DNA of 11,250 nucleotides, taken from positions 1 through 11,250 of the forward strand of contig JALUTT010000068.1 of the NCBI GenBank assembly GCA_027021705.1, given 5' to 3'. This stretch comes from Anaerolineae bacterium (GTDB lineage Bacteria; Chloroflexota; Anaerolineae; S140-20). The number at the start of each line of letters is the position of its first letter. Position 1 is the stretch's first letter. The notes under the pieces were generated by a model. The model was not told where the DNA came from. It did no database searches and worked only from the letters and a program-made list of their open reading frames with translations. Both the position numbers and the translations under genes were made by a program. This document shows, piece after piece, positions 1 through 7,900 of the stretch.

Positions 1-1923
1 GGCGGACCAGTCGTCGAGGTGGAGGGTGATGAGGTCTGAGGTCTGAGGTCTGAGGGATGAGGTCGGCGGTCTGAGGGCTGAGGGCTGAGTGACGAGGGCT
101 GCCTCAGTCCTCGGTGCCTCATCCCTCAGTGCCTCAGTCGCCTCATCCCTCGTTGCCTCGGTCGCCTCAGCCCCTGGTGCCTCGGCCACTTCAGCGCCCT
201 GGCCGTCCACCAGCAGGACGGCGACGCCGGCGTCCTGGAGCATAAAGGCGAGGCGCTGGGGGGGGTAGGCGGGGTCGAGGGGGAGGTAGGCCGCGCCGGC
301 CTTGAGGACGGCGAGGAAGGCGATGATGAGGTTGGGGGAGCGGTGGAGGCGAAGGCCGACGAGGGAGTCGGGGCCGACGCCGAGCTTCTGGAGGTGGTGG
401 GCCAGTTGGTTGGCGCGGCGGTTGAGTTCGGCGTAGGAGAGGTGGATGTCGCCGAAGGCGATGGCGGTGGCGTGGGGGGAGCGGCGGACCTGGTCCTCGA
501 AGAGGTGATGGACGCAGGCGTGGGGGCGTTCGAGGGCGGTGTCGTTCCACCGGACGAGGAGTTGGTGGCGCTCGGCCTCGGTCAGCAGCGGCAGCTCGGC
601 GATGGGCTGCTCAGGATCGGCCACGATCCCCTCCAGCAGCGTCCGCAGGTGGCCCAGCATCCGCCGGATGGTGGCGCTGTCGAAGCGGGCGGTCTCGTAG
701 GCCATCTGCAGCATCAGCCGCTCGCCGGGGCCGGCCACCACCGTCAGCGGGTAGTTGGTCCGCTCCGCCGTGCGAACGTCCTCGATGGTCAGGCTCCCCT
801 CGTGGGCCTGGAGGGAGGTGTCCACGGGGTAGTTCTCGAAGACGAGGATGCTCTCGAAGAGGGGCTGACCCCGGGGGACGTCGCTCCACCCCTGGACCTG
901 GACCAGGGGGCTGTACTCGTACTGGCGCATCTCCACCTGCTGGGCCTGGAGCTCCTTGAGCCAGGCGAGGACGGGGGTCTGGGGGCGTATCCGGGCCCGC
1001 ACCGGCAGCGTGTTGATGAAGAGCCCGACCATCGTCTCGGCCCCGGGGAGGTCGGTCGGCCGGCCGGAGACGGTGGCCCCGAAGACGACGTCCTCCTCGC
1101 CGCTGTAGCGGCTCAACAGGAGCGCCCAGGCCCCCTGCACCAGCGTGTTGAGGGTCACCTGGTGCTGCCGGGCCAGGGCCTGCAGGGCCGATGTCGTCTC
1201 CGCCGAGAGCAGGATGTCGAGCTTGCGGTAGTCGGTCTCTTCGGGGGGGGAGCCATCGCCATCCCCCGCCGGACGCCGGTCCACCGTTAGGGGGGTGGGG
1301 GCGGTGAAGCCCTTGAGGAGCCGCCGCCAGAAGGCCTCGGCCCGGGCCATGTCCTGCTTCTTGAGCCAGACGATGTAATCCCGATAGGGGCGGCTGGGGG
1401 GCAGGTAGAGGTCTCGGCCCTGGCGGAGGGCCTCGTAGAAGGCGAGGACCTCTTGAAGGAGGATGGGCAGCGACCACCCGTCCATCAGCAGGTGGTGGTG
1501 GGTCCAGACGAACTTGTAGGCGTTTTCCTCCACCCGGATCAGGGCCAGCCGCATCAGGGGGGGCTTGGTGAGTTGGAAGCCCCGCTGCCGCTCGGCCCGC
1601 AGGAAGCGCTCCAGCCGGGCTTCCTGCTCGGCGGGGGGGAGGGCCCGCCAATCCTGCTGCTCGATGGGCAGCCGGACCCGTCGGTGCACCACCTGGATGG
1701 GCTCTTTGAGGCCCTCGCCGATGAAGGCGGTGCGCAGGATGGGGTGCCGGTCCACCACCCGCTGCCAGGCTTGGGTGAAGGCCGGGACATCGAGGTCACC
1801 CCGCAGGGTGCAGCTCAGTTGCTCGATGTACATCCCCGCTTCAGGGGCCAGCAGGCTGTGGAAGAGCATCCCCTGTTGCATCGGGGAGAGGGGGTAGAAA
1901 TCCTGAACGTTTTTCATCGCCAT
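1..1923 (-). CDS. NRPS subunit, 5' part only (runs off window at position 1): COM-acceptor N-terminus, DCL-type condensation domain, N-terminal part of an adenylation domain
   Basis: Manual translation from ATG at 1923 (alternative ATG 1917): MAMKNVQDFYPLSPMQQGMLFHSLL...WTHHHLLMDGWSLP...FGATVSGRP...VGLFINTLP...LSYAELNRRANQLAH (A1)...LKAGAAYLPLDPAYP (A2)...LDDWSA. Open to the window edge. Starts 4 nt after the TAG of the upstream NRPS. Absent from the ORF track because its stop is outside the window. Confidence 0.95.
   Translation of the reverse strand, partial: MAMKNVQDFYPLSPMQQGMLFHSLLAPEAGMYIEQLSCTLRGDLDVPAFTQAWQRVVDRHPILRTAFIGEGLKEPIQVVHRRVRLPIEQQDWRALPPAEQEARLERFLRAERQRGFQLTKPPLMRLALIRVEENAYKFVWTHHHLLMDGWSLPILLQEVLAFYEALRQGRDLYLPPSRPYRDYIVWLKKQDMARAEAFWRRLLKGFTAPTPLTVDRRPAGDGDGSPPEETDYRKLDILLSAETTSALQALARQHQVTLNTLVQGAWALLLSRYSGEEDVVFGATVSGRPTDLPGAETMVGLFINTLPVRARIRPQTPVLAWLKELQAQQVEMRQYEYSPLVQVQGWSDVPRGQPLFESILVFENYPVDTSLQAHEGSLTIEDVRTAERTNYPLTVVAGPGERLMLQMAYETARFDSATIRRMLGHLRTLLEGIVADPEQPIAELPLLTEAERHQLLVRWNDTALERPHACVHHLFEDQVRRSPHATAIAFGDIHLSYAELNRRANQLAHHLQKLGVGPDSLVGLRLHRSPNLIIAFLAVLKAGAAYLPLDPAYPPQRLAFMLQDAGVAVLLVDGQGAEVAEAPGAEATEATRDEATEALRDEAPRTEAALVTQPSALRPPTSSLRPQTSDLITLHLDDWSA
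24..186. repeat. In-frame short-repeat insertion in the A domain of the downstream NRPS: 7-mer arm plus 15/9-mer arm
   Basis: Ten heptamers gagg(t/g)ct-like at 31-100, then gcctc-initiated units of 15,15,9,15,9,15 nt at 101-178. Encodes EAPGAEATEATRDEATEALRDEAPRTEAALVTQPSALRPPTSSLRPQTSDL. Confidence 0.9.
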
Positions 1924-1927
1924 AGGA

Positions 1928-4900
1928 CTACCCCATCGCTTCACTGATCGCAGCCATAATGTCGTCCAGGTCCTCCTGATCCCACTCGAATTCGGCGAAG
2001 TCCGAGGGGGTGTAGCCGACGGCGTCGGGCGACTGGCAGTGGGCGATGATGGCCCGCAGCGCTTCGAGGAAGTCCTGGGCCAGCCGCTCGATGGTGGACC
2101 GGCGGTGCAGGGTCTCGCTGTAGGTCCACTCCAGTTGCAGCCGGCCTCCGGCGATCACGCCGTTGATCTCCAGCCGGTGGCTCCGCTTCCCCCGAGGGCT
2201 GTGGGCGGGGCCGCCGGATTCGGGGGCCGGGCCGAAGGGGGAGCCCTCGGGCACCGCCTGGTCCAGTTGCCCCAGGTAGTTGAAGCTGATCTCCGGTTGG
2301 GGCAGGGCGCGGATCTGCTGCCTCACCTCCTCGTCCTCGCAGAGGTAGCGGAGCAGGCCGTAGCCGATCCCCCGCCGGGGCACCCGCCGGAGCTGTTCCT
2401 TGACCGCCTTCAGCGCCTCGCCGGGGTCGTAGATGCCCGTCAGGTCCAGCCGCACCGGGTAGAGGGTGGTGAACCAGCCGACGGTGCGGGAGAGGTCCAC
2501 GTCGTCGAAGAGGTCCTCCCGACCGTGGCCTTCCAGGGCCACGAGGAGGGCGGAGGAGCCGGTCCACTTCGCCACCGCTTGGGCCAGCGCCGCCAGGAGG
2601 GCGTCGTTGATCTCGGTGCGGTAGGCGGCCGGCACCTCCTGCAGCAGGGCCTGGGTCTCCTCGGGGCTCAGGGCGACGGTGACGCTGCGGGCCGAGGCTT
2701 CGGTGTTGTCTCCGTCGGGGTAGTCCACGGGCAGCCGGGCCGCCCCGTCCGACGGGACCTCCAGCCAGTAGGCCAGCTCCTGGCGGACCTCGTCGCTCTG
2801 GGCGTATTCGACCAGCCGCCGGGCCCAGTGCTGGAAGGAGGTGGTCTTGGGCGGCAGTTGGGCCGGCTCGCCCCGGCTGAGCTGCCGGTAGAGGGTCTGC
2901 AGGTCCTCCAGCAGGATGCGCCAGGAGACGCCGTCCACGGCCAGGTGGTGGATGACGATGAAGAGGCGGGCGGGGCGGTCGGGGCCGAGGTCGAAGTAGG
3001 CCACCCGCAGCAGCGGGCCGTGGGTCAGGTCCAGGCTGGCCTGGAGGCGGGCGGTGAGGGCTTCGATGGTCTCCCCCTGCTCGGCGGTGGGCAGGGCGGA
3101 GAGGTCCACCCAGGTGAAGGGGGTCTGGTCGTCCAGCCCGGCGTTCACCTGCTCCCAGGCCGCTGCCCCTTCCCGCGTCGCCCCGTTTCCTCGTTCCCTC
3201 ATCTCTCCCCACCGCCGGAAGCGGAGCCGAAGGGCGTCGTGGTGGGCGAGGAGGTGGCCGACGGCCTGCTCCAGGAGGATGGGATCCAGGGGCTGACGTA
3301 CCTCCAGCAGCAAGTCCTGGTTCCAGTGGTGAGGCTCCGGCAGTTCTTGCTCGAAGAACCAGTGCTGGATGGGGGTCAGAGGAACCGGTCCTTCGACGAT
3401 CCCCTGCTCGGCCTGGATGACCCGGCCTGTGCCGGCCACGGCGGCCAGTTCGGCGATGGTCGGGTGCTCGAAGATCTGGCGGGGGGTCAGTTGCAATCCG
3501 GCCTGGTTGGCCCGGGCGACGACCTGGATGCTGAGGATGGAGTCGCCGCCCAGCTCGAAGAAGTTGTCGTGGACGCCGACCCGGTCCAGCCCCAGCACCT
3601 GGGCCCAGATCTCGGCCAGCACTTGCTCCTTATCGGTGCGCGGGGCGACGAAATCGCTCTCCAGGTCGGGCCGGGCCTGCTCCGGCGCGGGGAGGGCCTT
3701 GCGGTCCACCTTGCCGCTGGGGGTGAGGGGCAGCGCTTCCAGCACGACGAAGGCGGAGGGGACCATGTAGTCGGGCAGCTTCTCCTTCAGGAAGTGGCGC
3801 AGCTCTGTCACGCCGGGGGCGGTCTCCCCCTCGGGCACGACGTAGGCCACCAGCCGCCGGTCGCCGGGGCTGTCCTCCCGCACGATCACGGCCACCTCCC
3901 GCAGGGCGGGGTGTTCTTCCAGAACGGCCTCGATCTCGCCCAGTTCGATGCGGAAGCCCCGGACCTTGACCTGGTGGTCAATGCGGCCCAGGAATTCGAT
4001 CTCCCCGTCGGGGCGGAAGCGGACCAGGTCGCCGGTGCGGTAGAGGCGGGCGCCGGGGCGGTCGCTGAAGGGGTCGGGGATGAAGCGCTCGGCGGTGAGG
4101 TCGGGGCGGTTGAGGTAGCCGCGGCCGACGCCGATGCCGCCGATGAAGAGTTCGCCGGGGACGCCGACGGGGAGGGGCTGGAGGTTGGGGTCGAGGATGT
4201 AGAGGGTGGCGTTGGCGATGGGCCGGCCGATGGGGGGGCCGTCGGGCTCCCGGTCGGCGCAGAGGTGCATCGAGGCACAGACGGTGGTCTCGGTGGGGCC
4301 GTAGGCGTTGAAGAAGTCGCGGCCCGGGGACCAGCGCTCGACCAGTTCGGGGGTGCAGGCTTCGCCGGCGGAGATGAGGGTTTCGAGGGTGTGGAGCCCC
4401 TGGTGAGGAAGGACGCGGAGCATCGAGGGGGGCAGGGTGGCGTTGGTGATGGCCTGGTCGGCGAGGAGGGCGGCCAGGTCAGGGGCGGAGGCGAGGGTTT
4501 CCCGGCGGGCGAGGCAGAGGGTGGCGCCGTTGGCCAGGGCCATAAAGGTCTCCCAGACGGAGGCGTCGAAGCTGAGGGGGGAGAACTGGAGGATGCGGGA
4601 GCCCGGGCGGATGCCGAAGGCGCGGCGCTGGGCGTCGGTGAGGTTGCAGAGGCCGCGATGGTGGAGCATAGTGCCCTTGGGCTTGCCGGTGGAGCCGGAG
4701 GTGTAGATGACGTAGGCCAGGTTGTCGGGGGAGACGGAGGTCTCCGGTGGCGTGGTCGGCTCGCCGGCGAAGGTGGACCAGTCGTCGAGGCGGATGGCGG
4801 TTAGCGGCTTAGCGGCTAGCGGCGTAGCGGATAGCGTCTTAGCGGATGGCGTCTTAGCGGCGGTCTGAGGTCCGAGGTCTGAGGTCTGAGGTCTGAGGGA

Positions 4901-7900
4901 TGCCTCAGCCCCCGGTGCCTCATTCCTCAGTGCCTCGGTCGCCTCAGCCCTCAGTGCCTCGGTCGCCTCAGTCCTCGGTGCCTTGTCCGCCTCAGCCCCC
5001 GGTGCCTCACCCCTCATTGCCTCGTTCCCCAGCGCCTCGGCCACTTCAGCGCCCCGGCTGTCCACCAGCAGGACGGAGACGGCGGCGTCTTGGAGCATGA
5101 AAGCCAGCCGCTCCGGGGGGTAGGTGGGGTCGAGGGGGAGGTAGGCGCCGCCGGCCTTGAGGACGGCCAGGATGGCGATGACCATCTCGGGGGAGCGGCG
5201 GGTGGAGATGCCGACGAGGGATTCGGGGCCGACGCCGAGCTTCTGGAGGTGGTGGGCCAGTTGGTTGGCGCGGCGGTCGAGTTCGGCGTAGGAGAGGGCC
5301 TGGTCCTCGAAGGTGACGGCGATGGCGTGGGGCTGGCGGGCGGCCCAGGCTTCGACGAGGTGGTGGGCACAGCGGTCGTGGTCGAAGTCGGTGGCGGTGG
5401 CGTTCCACCGGACGAGCATCTGCTGTTGCTCCGACTCGGTCAGGAGGGGGAGTTGGGCGATGGGCCGGTCGGGGTCGGCGACGACGGCCTCCAGCAGGGT
5501 CTGGAAGTGGCCCAGCATCCGGCGGATGGTGTCGGCATCGAAGAGGTCGGTGTTGTACTCCAACGAGCCGCTCAGCCGGTCTCCCTCTTCGTCCATATAG
5601 AGCGTCAGGTCGTACTTGGCGGTTCCGCTGTGGGCCTCCACCGGTTCGAGGGTCAGCCCCGACCGGGGCAGGGCGACGGCGCGGGCGGGCGTGCTCTGGA
5701 GGGCGAAGGCCACCTGGAAGAGGGGGCTGTGGCTCATATCCCGCTCCGGCTGGAGGGCGTCCACCAGCATCTCGAAGGGGAGGTCCTGGTGGGCGTAGGC
5801 CCCCAGGGCGACCTCGCGGACCCGCTTGAGCACCTCGCGGAAGGTGGGGTTGCCGTCCAGCTTGGTCCGCATCACCAGGGTGTTGACGAAGAAGCCGATG
5901 AGCCCTTCGATCTCGGCGCGGGTGCGGTTGGCGATGGGCACGCCGACGCTGATGTCGTCCTGGCCCGAGTAGCGGGAGAGGAGGGTCTGGAAGGCGGCCA
6001 GGAGGGTCATAAAGAGGGTGACCCCCTCCCGCTGGCAGAGGTCCTTGATGGCCTGGGTGAGCTCTTCGGGCAGGGTGAAGGTCTGGTAGTCGCCCCGGAA
6101 GGTCTGGAAGGCGGGCCGAGGGCGGTCGGTGGGCAGTTCCAGGATGGGGGGCAGCCCGGCCAACTGTTCCTTCCAGTAGGCGAGCTGGCGTTCCAGGACC
6201 TCGCCCTGGAGCCATTCCCGCTGCCAGACGGCGAAGTCGGCGTACTGGATGGGCAGCTCGGGCAGCGGCGAGGGCTTGCCGGCGGCGAAGGCTTCGTAGA
6301 GGGCGGCCATCTCGCCCATGAAGACGCCGGTGGACCAGCCGTCGGAGACGGTGTGGTGGACGGTGAGGAGGGCGATGTGCTCTTCTTCGTCCAGCCGCAG
6401 CAGGAGGGCCCGGATCAAAGGCCCTCGGGCCAGGTCGAAGGGGCGCTGGGCCTCTTCGGTGGCCAGCCGCAGCGCTTCCGCCTCCCGCCGGGCCTTGGGC
6501 AGGCTCCGCAGGTCCACGATGGGCAGGGGAAGGTGGAGTTCCGGGGCGATGACCTGGATGGGCCGGCCCTCCACGGCGGCGAAGGTGGTGCGCAGGACCT
6601 CGTGGCGGCGGACGATCTCGTTCAGGCTTCGCTCCAGCACCCCCACGTCCAACGGGCCGGTGATACGGACGGCGTCGGGGATGTTGTAGAGGGGGCTGTT
6701 GGGCGCCAGTTGGTCCAGGAACCAGAGCCGCTGCTGGGCGAAGGAGAGGGGGATCTCCCGGTCGCGGGGGACGGGCCGGATGGGCGGGGCCTGGACGCCG
6801 GCCTCGGTCCGCCGGATGATCTCGATGCGCTCGGCCAGGGTGGCGACGGTGGGGCACTCGAAGACGTGGCGGAGGGGCAGTTCGATCTCAAAGGCCTCGC
6901 GCACCCGGGAGACGAGCTGGGTTGCCAGGAGGGAGTGGCCGCCCAGCTCGAAGAAGTTGTCGTGGACGCCCACCTCTTCGACGCCGAGTACCTGGCTCCA
7001 GATGCCGGCCAGCACCTCCTCGACGGGGGTGCGGGGCGCGACGTACTCCCCGGCCAGTTGTCGGCGCGACCATTCGGGCTCCGGCAGCGCCTGGCGGTCC
7101 ACCTTGCCGTTGGGGGTTAGGGGCAGGGCTTCCATCACGACGTAGGCCGAGGGGACCATGTAGTCGGGCAGCCGCTCTTGGAGGAAACGGCGCAGTTCGC
7201 CGGCGGTGGGGACGGTCTCCCCGGCGGGGACGATGTAGGCGGCCAGCCGCTTGTCGCCGGGGGCCACCTCCAGGGCGACGACGGCGGCCTCGCGCACCGC
7301 CGGGTGCCGGCCCAGGGTCGCTTCGATCTCGCCCAACTCAATGCGGTAGCCCCGGACCTTGACTTGGTAGTCCAGCCGGCCCAGGAACTCGATGTTGCCG
7401 TCGGGTAGGTAGCGGGCCAGGTCGCCGGTCCGGTAGAGCCGGGCGTTGGGGTCGTCGGAGAAGGGGTCGGGGATGAACTTCTCCTCCGTCAGTTCGGGGC
7501 GGTTGTGGTAGCCCCGGGCGACGCCGAGGCCGCCGATGAAGAGCTCGCCGGGGACGCCGACGGGGACGGGCTGGAGGTGGTCGTCCAGGATGTAGAGGCG
7601 GACGTTGGCGAAGGGCCGCCCGATGGGGACCACCTGCTCGCCGGAGAGGTCCATCGCGCTGCCCTCGAAGAAGCAACTGTCAATGGTCGCCTCCGTGAGG
7701 CCGAAGGAGTTGATCAGCCGGGTCTCCGGCCCGCAGAAGCGCAGGAACTGGCGGTACTCGCTCACGTACCAACTGTCGGAGCCGCAGATGAGCAGCCGCA
7801 TGAAGTCGAGGCGTTCTCCTGTCTCGTCCAGGTACTGGATCAGGTGGCGCAGGACGGCGGGGACGAACTCGGCGCACTCCACCCCTTCCCGGCGCATCAG

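Noticed and set aside
186..195. 10-mer ccacttcagc shared by insert flanks (186-195, 5041-5050) and the 114-bp unit (10286-10295)
   Set aside because: Too short to exclude chance; flanking sequence does not extend the match.
258..1250. G8 homopolymers at 258-265 and 1243-1250 as phase-variation tracts
   Set aside because: They correspond to Pro-Pro codons in a C3-rich gene; length is unremarkable at this GC content.
2039..4804. Long plus-strand ORFs (2039-4804, 5090-7120, 343-1290, 7505-8242, 1453-1947)
   Set aside because: Antisense shadows in codon register with the GC-rich NRPS genes; no independent domain motifs.
4794..5041. Intein, intron or embedded tailoring domain (interrupted A domain) as explanation of the inserts
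   Set aside because: Too short and low-complexity; no Cys/Ser...His-Asn splice motifs, no methyltransferase/oxidase motifs; frame is continuous.
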